From Asterias rubens (lineage: Eukaryota), in the NCBI RefSeq assembly GCF_902459465.1, contig NC_047062.1, positions 17,856,001-17,920,000 on the forward strand: 64,000 bases of DNA. The letters are read 5' to 3'. Both the position numbers and the translations under genes were made by a program. This document shows, in pieces, positions 39,156-49,910 of this stretch (position 1 is the stretch's first letter; each line of letters opens with the position of its first letter). The notes beneath the pieces are model-generated. The model ran no database searches. It saw nothing but the letters and a program-made list of their open reading frames with translations, and was not told where the DNA came from.

Positions 39156-39325
39156 GGCCCTTTTGAAACCACGGCTTCGGTTCCAGGCTCAGCTCAAGCT
39201 ATACAGCTTGGTGTCGCAGTTGTTTTGACAATTGCGCGTGCTTTGCGTACGCGCTCAGGGCTTCAGACGAGAGGACTGGGCCTGAAACCGAATCCAAAGC
39301 AGAAGCCGTGCATTCGAAAAGGTCC
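39156..39325. mobile_element. Palindromic MITE (GGCCCTTTTGAAACCACGGCTTCGG-type TIR)
   Basis: ggcccttttgaaaccacggcttc ... gaagccgtgcattcgaaaaggtcc. Confidence 0.72.
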
Positions 39326-39689
39326 GTCTATAGGAGTGTCACAGGAAGGCGTCACCAGAACATTAATCCTTTCTTCAATAATTTCGATGCGGTCTTTGGT
39401 TGTACTATCACCACAATAGAAAGCACGTGGACAATGTTGTGCGTGGGTTTTTCACTTGAATTGAAAAATCTCTTGAATGTTCAAGAGTCAAGTTAATTAG
39501 TCATGCGGATGATCTAATCTGTACAATTGTTTTCAACTCAGTTATAGTGATGTAATCTCCCAACGACTTGAAATCTGCATGGGAGCAGTTTAGGCAAATT
39601 TATCAGTTAAGATGTATTGTAGACTAGTTAGAAAGTGTGAATGAGTTGTTGCTGCAGTTGAACCGAAAGTGTTTTACATAACTTTAGAG

Positions 39690-39806
39690 AGAACCGTTTC
39701 TCACAATGTTTTATACTATTAACAGCTCTCCATTGCTCGTTACCAAGTAACTTTCTATGAAAACAATTATTTTGAGTAATTACCAAAAGTGTCCAGTGTC
39801 TTTATA
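39690..39806 (-). mobile_element. MITE family A, partial
   Basis: ccgtttctcacaatg...taattaccaaaagtgtccagtgtcttta. Confidence 0.75.
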
Positions 39807-40001
39807 AGTAGTCCACTTAGTTATTAACATTACATGAACTGGCTGGCAGTATGTGGGACAGGAAGCTGTTAAACCCTTCTCGTTTGTTGATGAGATCTGA
39901 CAGCCAGAACAAAGTGAACGCTTCCAAGAAAATGCTTTTAACCTCAAGAAAAAGTTCAGTGCTAATACTTGGTAATTACTTCTCAATCATCAGCATAGTA
40001 A

Positions 40002-40367
40002 AGCCATTGGACACTTTCGGTACAGAAAAAAAATTAAAAGTTCACAGATTTACAAATAACTTACAGGGTTTACAGAAGGTAATGGTGAAAGACTTCTATA
40101 GAAATATTATTCCATGAAATGCTTTACTTTTTGAGAAAACATTCAAACAATATCAATTCTCGATATCGAGAATTACGAATTTATTTTAAACACATGTCAT
40201 GACACGGTGAAACGTGCGGAAACAAGGGTGGGTTTTCCCGTTATTTTCTCCCGACTCCGATGACCGATTGAGCCTAAATTTTCACAGGTTTGTTATTTTA
40301 TACAGAAATTGTGATACACGAAGTATGGGCCTCGGACAATACTGTTTACCGAAAGTGTCCAATGGCT
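40002..40367 (+). mobile_element. Second Kolobok-like MITE family with perfect TIR
   Basis: (G)TAA|AGCCATTGGACACTTTCGGTA ... TACCGAAAGTGTCCAATGGCT|TTAA. The interior differs from family A but shares subterminal motifs (gaccgattgagcctaaattttcacaggtttg). Confidence 0.85.
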
Positions 40368-41589
40368 TTAAATTATACATTCAAGTTATTAAAAATGGCC
40401 GGATACAAAATACAACTAGTCTCAATAACTGGATGGAAAGGAGAATGGAGAACAGGAATGAAAATTCCAAGCCTTTACGTTTTTTTCTTTACTATTTTGA
40501 CATGTAAAATGTAATCCTGATGTAATGGTGCTAAACTTTCTAAATTCTTTGTTCTTGAACTGTTGTCAATTTTTTAGGAATGGCCAGGAAACTATTTCAG
40601 TCATCAGGAAACTATTTTCTAATTCCATTCTAACAATTAGGATGGTTTGCCGCGGGTTGAGTTTACATCTCATATCATTTAAAACTAAACCTTCACACAG
40701 TGTGACACTGGTTTGGTTCAACCTCACAGACATATCAATTAATTAAACAAGTATCTGGATGTACCGAAAATGACCTTAAAAATAATTCCCCAAGGAGGAA
40801 AGAAGGGCCCACCCACACTGCGGATACATTATAAACTTCTCTATAGTCGGATATACTGGGGTTTTCTAACAATAGCTGGATGTAATGATTACTACTAGTG
40901 GATCAGTAATAGGGTTTAATCAGAAGCATGGCCATACCTTACCATGTGGTCTAGTCTGTAGGAAGGCCGATGGTGAGACGTGCTCCGGGGGTAGGGTGCA
41001 CGTAAGGACAAGTGGATTGCTCTGAGTACCTCTCATCCAACTCAAGGATGCCAGGGGGATGAAGCAGATGGGAGATGCTCATTTTTTCTTCAGAAGGATT
41101 AACCACATGGGTAGGGGTGGTATTAAAAAAAGTTTCATTATTAATAATTGTTGAGACATTGAAGGACATGTAGTCTGGCTGGGCTGGTATGTTAAAGAAA
41201 GAGATTGATGTTAGTGTACCTGAATGTGCTGTATAACTGGCACCTGCTCTCTTCGTATGGCCTCAGATTGTATTTATAGTTCTTGAGGAAGAGTTGACAG
41301 CACCTGCCATCTTAGAGACCTCTTGTACCGTTTCTTGACTTTATTATTTTAATCATGTTTTGGTGTGATGCTTTGGGGTTGAGAAATGTCTTGATTGGGT
41401 GGAATCTCACTTTTTGTTTGTATTCATGTCTACAGTCCAACAGGAACGTTCGTAATGAAGAAAGGCATTCACATTTGAATGTTCAAATAGGAGGGGGGGG
41501 GTAGCGGGATCGTAAGACATTGGTTGAACAAATTACACATATGATACCAAAGTGGGCGTGTAGCAAATCTGTGAAATGTTGACTAAATT

Positions 41590-41860
41590 GTTGTCATCTA
41601 AGTTGCAAGAGAATAATGAAGGTGAAAAACAACGTTGTTGCGCACATGTGTGTGCTTTCAGATTCATTAAAAAGGCTTCAGGGCTGAAGTCGTTTAATAG
41701 GTGAGTGAGAAATAACCTCTTTCTCAATAACTACGTTACTTCAGATGAAGCCGTTTCTCAAAATGTTTTGTACTATCAACAGCTCTACATTGCTCGTTAC
41801 CAAGTCAGTTTCTATGCTAACAAATATGAGTAAATATCAATAGTGTCCAGTGCCTTTTAT
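41590..41860 (-). mobile_element. MITE family A variant, partial
   Basis: aggcttcagggctgaagtc...caatagtgtccagtgcctttt. Confidence 0.75.
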
Positions 41861-43680
41861 GCAGTCCTTTGATCACTTTCAATACTTTAATTTCAAACGC
41901 TTCAAGAGATTTTTTTGTTCTTCTGGTTTTTCGATAATTTCAACCTGGCGTCATTTTCAGAATCAGAGCTCCCACTCCTGTAGTTGTACTGTTTCACCCT
42001 GTCTGTCGTCATGTCTGACATTTTCCAGTGCTTGGCACTCGTCACTAACTTTTTATTTTCCCAGAAAATGACGTGAGTTATCAGATCCATTTACAACTGG
42101 CGTCTGAAATGATTTCATCTTATTTCATCTTTCATTTTTAGTTTGGCATCTTTGATCAGAGATACCAGCTGCATGGAGCTAAAAGTGAATGATACTGCCG
42201 TGTTTACTTGATCAGATTGAGATAAGGGTGGTAACCTTTTGAAGAGGAAGTAAATCACTATGGGCTGGTGTCACCATCCTTACTCTATGGTGTCACTAAA
42301 GCATCGTCACCGGTTCGGAAGTTTCCCTGCTGGGCCTCATCGTGCCTGTATATGTAGGGCGGGGTTAGGTGTAGATTGCCTCTCGCACAAACTGCAATTT
42401 GCTAATTACATTATGTGGATCAATGGATGGTTTAGATTGAATAAGCGGGAAAATGAGATGTTTTTGTTTTTTACGGTTCTTGAATTGCGGTTGGTTGCCT
42501 TCACACGTGCCAGTGAGTCCTATGCCGCCATTTTGGTAGTCAAAATGTACACTAGAAACTTGACTCCCCAAATGGCGGGGAGCGTTCCGCATCATACACT
42601 AGGCATAATTCTGAACAGTAAAACAATGTTGCTCTCCGGATAAACATTTACCAGCCGTTTTCTTGGTTCTTTGCTTATTTTCCTATATAGCAGAATAGCC
42701 TTTCTGTGTCATTTTCTTCTTTGTATTATAACATGCTCTGAGACAGACTGATGAGTTTGGAGATCCGTTTGCTCATCTGTTTCCATGGTAACCGTTCTGA
42801 CTGACTGATGACCCAATCACCAAAATGGCAATGAATTTCCCGAACCGTGACTGGCATTATCTTCATAGTTCATATTATTTCATGTTGAGCTGCAGGATCA
42901 AGCATCCTTTATATGCTGGATCAACATATAGCTACATACTTGTTATGCAAATGTTGCAACTGCCTTGAACGCTGTTACATTATTTAAGAGAGGAAATAAT
43001 GAAATTGCACGACAATAGCAATATGATGAATGAAGAGAAAAGGACATTGCTCCCACTTTGTTCAATGGATCACTGCTAGCGCTCATACAATATACTCAGC
43101 TAGGAAGTGCGCACAGTAGAGTCAAGGGGGCAAATGCTGTCTGGGTTACGCCCTCATTATTTACTTAAATGGGGGTGAGGGTGTTGGAACAAAAGGTTGC
43201 CAAAGTTAGATGTATTGTGCTATACAATTAGTACAAAATTGTACTGTGAAAAGGGGCTTTACAGATATACATTTTTGTGATTAAAAAATTGAATTTATCC
43301 AAACCCCCCCCCAAAAAAAAATAATAATAATAATATAAATACAAAATATTAAACAAATTACCCCTATTCCTTCAAAATATTGTCTTATGATGAATGGCTC
43401 GTTCAACCCTGCTGCCCTGCTGCTGACGATGTTTGTTCTCAAAAGTAGTAGGCCTAGCCCTTTGTAGTAGGTTTTGCTGTATGGTTGTACAAGTACGGTT
43501 TTCAACACTCATAACTAGTCTTGTCTCCTCACTCCTTGAATACACATGACCAAATACTATTGATAGCCTTAGTTAACCGCGCTAATGAAGCATAGTTTCT
43601 GTAGCCATTATGGCAATGATCCGTTCGGTCAACCAACCAGATCGCGTGTGGTTCATCAATTACACTTTCAGTCTGATATT

Positions 43681-44290
43681 TTTGATTGGCAAATGGACTG
43701 ACTCTTCAGTCCAAATATAGGGTAGAGAATATTCTGTAAACCTTAAGAGAGAATTTGACTGTGGGGACACTCTTCATCATTTCCTTGTATGTTAGAATAA
43801 TAGTGTACAGAATGAAATTGGATTGGCAAATGGACTGACTCTGCAGTCCACAATAGGGTAGAGAATATTCTGTAAACCTTAAGAGAGAATAGACTGATTC
43901 TGCCGTCCATGTGGTAGAGAATATTCTGCAAACCTAAAGAGGGAGTTTGACAGTGGAGACACTCTTCCTCCAGAAAGATTCTGCAGTCCATGGGTTTGAG
44001 AATATTCTGTAAACCTATGAAGAGAGAGTTTGTATGGAAACACTCTCACTCCAGAACGATTCTGCAGCCCATGTGGTGGAGAATATTCTGTTAACCTAAA
44101 GAGAGATTTTGACAGTGGAGACACTCTTACTCCAAAATGATTCTGCAGTTCATGGGGTGGAGAATATTCTGTAAACCTAAAGAGAGAGTTTATCAGTGGA
44201 AACACTCTTACTCCAGAGTGATTCTGCAGTCCATGGGGTGAAGAATATTCTGTTAACCTAAAGAGAGATTTTGTCAGTGGAAACACTCTT
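43681..44290. repeat. 81-bp minisatellite (5 units from 43917) preceded by related partial duplications
   Basis: gagaatattctg recurs at 43917, 43998, 44079, 44160 and 44241; related copies at 43725 and 43861. Confidence 0.9.
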
Positions 44291-44330
44291 CATATTATAA
44301 CTTCCTACCAGTTATCTCAACCTTTTTTTT

Positions 44331-44357
44331 CTCCAGAAGACGGACCGAAACGTCGAG
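44331..44357 (+). ncRNA. Decayed hammerhead-like motif
   Basis: CTC-CAGAAGA-CGGACC-GAAA-CGTC-GAG: core U4 changed to A and stem II collapsed. Confidence 0.35.
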
Positions 44358-44421
44358 CAGTACAAAACGGCTCTTCTCAGAGCCATTACTACTCAACCTT
44401 CCTTACTTAATCCCTTTCTTA

Positions 44422-44794
44422 TTAAAGAAAATGTTGTTAATTGTCAAAGACTAGTCTTCTCACTTGGTGTATCTCAACATATGCATAAAATAACAAACCT
44501 GTGAAATTTGAGCTCAATTGGTCGAAGTTGCGAGATAATAATAAAAGAAAAAAATACCCTTGTCACTCGAAGTTTTGTGCTTTCAGATGCTTGATTTCGA
44601 GACCTCAATTTCGTAATCTGAGGTCTCGACATCAAATTCGTGGAAAACTACTTCTTTCTGAAACTACGTCACTTCAGAGGGAGCTGTTTCTCACAATGTG
44701 TTGTACTATCAACAGCTCCCCATTACTCGTTACCAAGAAAGGTTTTATGCTTATTATTATTTTGAGTAATACAAATAGTGTCCACTGCCTTTAA
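44422..44794 (-). mobile_element. MITE family A copy
   Basis: aattgtcaaagactagtcttctcacttgg...caaatagtgtccactgcctttaa. Confidence 0.85.
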
Positions 44795-47784
44795 TTCTTT
44801 TCTTATTAAATAGAACTGAACGTCCGGCTTGATAAGTCACTTTCCATTAGTATTCCCTCTCCATAAGATATCTGACTGTCGGATCTCTTTTAGATTAAGC
44901 CATTGTTAAGGGGTCACTGATTATATCAATATTAATCAATTGAATACACTAAAGATAAGCGTATAGATTGGGAATTAAATATGAAATTGTTTTTTATGAG
45001 TAGAGTCACCTTTCTATAGTGTGGTGCTCTCTGCCTATAAATGGTAATTATTTATATTTTAGAGAGACTTTTGTCACCGAATGTTGTAAGTGTTTATACA
45101 CGTTTGTTGTATCATCAAGACAAAACTTCATTATATAGTTTCTACCTGAAAGTCTCTTTGCCCTATATCGGTCATCACAAAAGTTAAAACTTGCGAGCTA
45201 TTGAACACCAATATTTCCCTGTATTTCCTGTTGAACACCAAACCCCCCTCTCCCATTCCCTATGATGTAATCATTAATTTGTTAAAGCCAATTACACATG
45301 AACATGACAAATTCACATAAGAGTATTCGTGAGGATTACTCACACAACGTACACAAGCCTTCAGTGCTCCTCTTATTTCACCAAACCCCCAATAGCAACA
45401 TAGTAGGCCTACGTTATGAACTATTGATGAGTCGTTTCGGTGGACTTGACTTCGAGAATGTGAGTGATGGTGGCTAGACAATGTCACTATTTCCGCTACG
45501 CACATCAATTTCTAATCCAAGTAAAATGATAACACAAGTTGGGACATAATTGCGGTTAACAACTTATCCACACTTGCCATTGACTCATAGAGGTGGCTCC
45601 ACAGAACTCGAATTGCTCAAGCCTGCGCTAGTGGCAACTATACCTTCTGATGAGGCTTTCTTGCCAATAGATATTACAGTTGCATCGGGGATAAAGAATA
45701 CTCATTTGGGTTCTGTGATTTTTGTTTTCACTGAACTCGGGAAAATATTTACTATAATAATAGACCTTTATCACGGTGTGGCCATTTTGATTTTAATCCA
45801 TTCCAACACATTATAATCACACTGAGGCTGGACGAAATAATAGTCTGGTGCCATGTTTGCGCAATGAATGTTAGCATTCATTACTGGTATTTGAAACAGG
45901 GAACATGACTATCCCATTGGAGCCTAGCTTAGAAGTGAACACATGTTCATGTATACAACAACGGTCAATGCCCATATAAGGACATTAACGTATGTCGAGC
46001 AATGTTTTATTTTTTTTCAAAAACAGACCATGGGGAAAGCCCACAAAAAACACGTCTCGTTGCCACAGTGGCTTCAGATTGTCCGAGCACTGTGCCGAGT
46101 CACTGTGTTTAATTAATGAGTCTTGTGTCTCCCACAGTAATGTGGGCCGCCTTATTGAGTGCCATTTGGGCCGCCTTAATTACACCCAGTCCCACTTTCA
46201 GTCTTTACTAATGCGTCTACACTCGAACCCCTCATTAAAGGTTGTGACTACGTGTGTGTGTTGTGCATCCAGGCCAGGGCTGTTTGCTTGTTTCCAGGGG
46301 TCCGTTGGTCAATATTTGCAGGGATTGGATTGCGTGTCATTAATTCATGGCAGTGTCAGTGGTCTGATATGCCGACAGATATCGGCTCCAAAATACTAAA
46401 ATGTGGAAAGGATATAATGCTGCAATTTTTTACAATATTTTTCGCCATTTAACCATATATTTTTGAGGGCTCAGTCATGGAGATGCAGTGTGCAGTAATG
46501 TTATACTACTTAAATATACAGATTAATTTGGATTTATTTAAAGAAGTTGGCTTTTTGAATGGTTATTCTGCAGGTTCATTTTAGTCATAATAATACCAAA
46601 AACAATGACCCGCATTTGCTACCAACAAACATCTCTTAATTGTAATCCATATTATGGCACCCCTTTCATTTTTGGCAGAGAAGACTAATCTGACTTTCAA
46701 TTGTTTTTAACGCGCCAACTATTTGTAAAGACATTTCGAAGTGTATCTTTGATTTTTGTTTGTTTCAGGTATCATTTGCAATTAATAATTATTGGGATAA
46801 AGAATGCTTGTATAATGCTTCCAGTTTAGAGGCAAGATATGTATTTTCGCATAAAAAGGGGAATTTGTAAAAAAATAAACACAGCAAATCTTTGAAAAAT
46901 ATAATTTTATTTATAGCTACAGGATAAAACCACATGCTCTTTAAGACAATTGAATACGTTGACAAACAATTAAAACTATCACCGATAAAATGTTCAAAAA
47001 ACTAGACCTGAAAATGAAGAAGGAAAAACCTGATTTATTTGATATATAATACAATAATGTTCAATGGTATATATACGATTTAAAGCAACACTTTTGGCAG
47101 TATTTGGCACATCTTTGGGTCTTAAAATGTGTTATCTTCATGCAAGCCCATTCCAACCCTTCCGGGTTTTTTTTTTTTTTTTTGCGAGAAACCCATTTAA
47201 GTCATAAGCATGGTAACATCAACTTTGATTCCCAAACTCAATCATTCTGAATCCGACGAAGGAATTAAAACAGTCCAAACAAAACATTAGTGCACAGTAT
47301 CGAAAAAGATCTCTAACTAGGGCAGTTTAATCAGATGGGTTATTCCATGGTTCAAACAATTATTGAATTTTGGTTTCTTTTACTGAACATTTGACTTGGT
47401 AGCCCCCCCCCCCCCGCCCCTACTATGGTATGTGAAAATTTGTGTCATCAAAAGCTAATCAAGCTATGAAAATCCTAAAAAACATGATTTCTGAATCATG
47501 TGTGGTTGAATGTAACCTTATATCCGTGGAATTTCCCAATCGTCACTTTATAATTTATTCTTAAAATCTTATCTTGAACAATACTTCAGTTTAGAGGCTT
47601 GAATTTAGCGAAATTAAAACGTTAGCATTTAAGGACGGCTTGTAAGTGCATATGAGCTTGTGGCAAGTTGTATATAGTACATACATAAATAGTCTTTGGA
47701 AAGATGATCAACAATAAAAAAAAAAATTATAAATATTCATGATATATATCTGCATGCATTTACACATTTTACATTATATTGACA

Positions 47785-47790
47785 TTTATT
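47785..47790 (-). terminator. Candidate CHAC1 polyadenylation signal AATAAA
   Basis: tttatt on the + strand, ~550 nt past the stop codon, followed on the minus strand by a U-rich tract. Position not confirmed. Confidence 0.4.
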
Positions 47791-47990
47791 TACAAAGGTG
47801 GGTATATATAGCTTGATGCGAAAACTATGACAGTATCTTCTAGAAGAAGAAGTCTTGCCCACTTCTCATTTCCTCCCACCTCGTGAGGTGCCTCTTCATT
47901 TCAAGGTCGTATGATTGGAAGACTCCATAAAAACAAACAACGAGCATTTCAAATTACATTAACAAGTCTGTAAATACACTGTAATGACAT

Positions 47991-48169
47991 GGCCCCAAAT
48001 TCATAGAACCGCTTAAGCAGAAAAAGTAGCTAAGCATGCCAACATTGCGCTTACCAGAATAAGGTTACCAGCCAAACTACCACGTAACAGGTAAAATGTG
48101 TTACTGGTATCATGCTCATTTCTGCTTAGCAGAAAGTTGTGCTTCAGGAGCTCTATGAAATTAGGCCCT
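47991..48169. mobile_element. MITE family B copy within the predicted CHAC1 3' UTR
   Basis: ggccccaaattcatagaaccgcttaagcag ... gagctctatgaaattaggccc. Confidence 0.82.
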
Positions 48170-48337
48170 GGTTCACAATGATTGGAATAGCTTTAGGAAC
48201 TTTTAAAGTTGACACTGAACAGTTAGTACCATTAAAGTTATAATGTAATGTAATACACATGAAGTGTTCTGTCCTAACATAAATAACTCCACAAAATATG
48301 GAATTTAGCCTCGTTTTACTGGAGTCTGTTTGTCTCT

Positions 48338-48832
48338 TCACGCTTTGCTCACTGTTCCTTCTATTGTCCGTTTATCAGATGTCCATGCATTGTAATTGTT
48401 ATTGTCATCTACGTTTTCCACCACAGAATCCAAACACATCTCCTGCGACATTGTTCTACCCTGGAGATTTCGCAGTATCCTCTTCGCCTTTTCCTCCAAA
48501 TCAAACAAGTGTTCATCATTATCTTCGGGTATCAACTCCCTCACAATGTCTGCAAGACGGAACAAATACTCCAAGTTATGGCCACTCATTCCTCTAGAGT
48601 TTACTATCTGACTGGCGATGGTCTCGGGTGCTGCCGGGCCCATGTAGTGTTCACACTCTGAAGTTGCAGTGAACACCATGACGGTGTGTTCGCAACCGTT
48701 CCGTGTGTAGAACGTGGTGTTGTTGTTGATGGCGTATCCACCGAGCCGACATTCCCGGGTGGTCAGGTGGCGAAGAGCGGCTTGGATCTGGTGCTCTCCG
48801 TGGAGAAGAAAGGCAATTCCCCAAGTCACACC
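48338..48832 (-). CDS. CHAC1: CHAC1-like coding exon 3 (164 aa + stop)
   Basis: Acceptor ctgcag|GGT. Encodes GVTWGIAF...TTRECRLGGY...YMGPAAPETIASQIVNSRGMSGHNLEYLFRLAD...DEHLF. The RE-x-x-LGGY spacing (catalytic Glu kept) and SGHNLEYL match the CHAC1 clade rather than CHAC2 (REKGGY, SGRNTEYL). There is a ~45 aa non-conserved C-terminal tail. Confidence 0.96.
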   Translation of the reverse strand, partial: GVTWGIAFLLHGEHQIQAALRHLTTRECRLGGYAINNNTTFYTRNGCEHTVMVFTATSECEHYMGPAAPETIASQIVNSRGMSGHNLEYLFRLADIVRELIPEDNDEHLFDLEEKAKRILRNLQGRTMSQEMCLDSVVENVDDNNNYNAWTSDKRTIEGTVSKA

Positions 48833-48997
48833 CTGCAGATGATACACAAAACCAACACAATCTTATTAAAATTCTGGATATTATATTATAATCATCAAAG
48901 CATATTAATTTTGGTTTATCCATGTACAACGATGTGTGTTAGCACTATATACTCAGTTTTTCCCCGAATTATGTGAAGAAAAAAATCACAGGCATAT

Positions 48998-49050
48998 TAC
49001 TCGGGTGGGATTCGAACACACGACCTTTACAGTGTCATACCAACTCAAGA
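48998..49050 (-). mobile_element. SINE head fragment in CHAC1 intron 2 (same family as 27640)
   Basis: Reverse complement ggtcgtgtgttcgaatcccacccgagtaat. Confidence 0.5.
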
Positions 49051-49799
49051 GATTACCCGTTAGCTATAGAGGCAGTTCAACTCATCATCACTCATACAAC
49101 ATCACCAAAGAAGATCACAACATGATGCTGATATATAAATGTCGTGTTACCTTTTCAACACTATAATAATCTAAATGCCTGTTTGACAAGTGAACAGACT
49201 ATGATGCCATAAAACCTCGGTTTGGGTACACTGAATCGCCATGATGATAAATAAATAAGATGGCTGCATTAATATAAAGGGTTTTTGATAACTAGTAATT
49301 TTCTATTCAGTTCTCTCAGAGCTAGTAATACGTGTAGTATGCAAAATAAATCTGGATTGTTTTTGTTTACAGTGCATCTTCCAATATGATGAAATATTTA
49401 ATAAAATAATCATATTACATGGTTTAACCAGTGCCGTACCATTGATATATTATTTAATTTCACATTAATTTGCACACCTATGCATGAGCGTAGTAATACA
49501 TTCCAATCACTCAACCACGAACACAATGAGAATCCACCCAATAAAAAAAGAGAAGGAAAAACAAAACAGGGCCCTGGAATAAATGTTTTTCAAGGTTTAC
49601 GAGAAGGAATAGTGAATGGTATAACATGTCATACAATGTCAACGCAGACCAGCAACTTCGCTGTCGATAACAATGTTATGTAACAGAGTGGAATGATGGA
49701 AGGATCTGGTTGCAATAAAGTGGACATATTACTTTTATTGCTCATGTGTAATCATAGGCCCCGGTGTGAAATGACTAGTTAGCATGTTTTTGTACTGAT

Positions 49800-49910
49800 T
49801 TTTAAACAATTGACTGGAGTGGGACTCGAGCCAACGACCTCCGTATTAACGTACCCGGGCTCTTCCAATGAGCTATCTAGCCCTTTGTTGGCGGTCTCCC
49901 TATTTTAGTC
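49800..49910 (-). mobile_element. tRNA-derived SINE head in CHAC1 intron 2
   Basis: Reverse complement gggctagatagctcattggaagagcccgggtacgttaatacggaggtcgttggctcgagtcccactccagtc (A and B boxes). Confidence 0.65.

Noticed and set aside
40951-41275. ~108-codon S/T-rich open frame on the minus strand; also 31255-31415(-) and 37129-37330(-)
   Set aside because: No recognisable motifs or splice context; flanked by in-frame stops.
42748-42780. CTGATGAG...CTC as a hammerhead core
   Set aside because: Lacks the obligatory GAAA after stem II.
43879-44286. 135-aa ORF made of 27-aa repeats
   Set aside because: An 81-bp period keeps any stop-free frame open automatically; no splice or start context and no recognisable motif.
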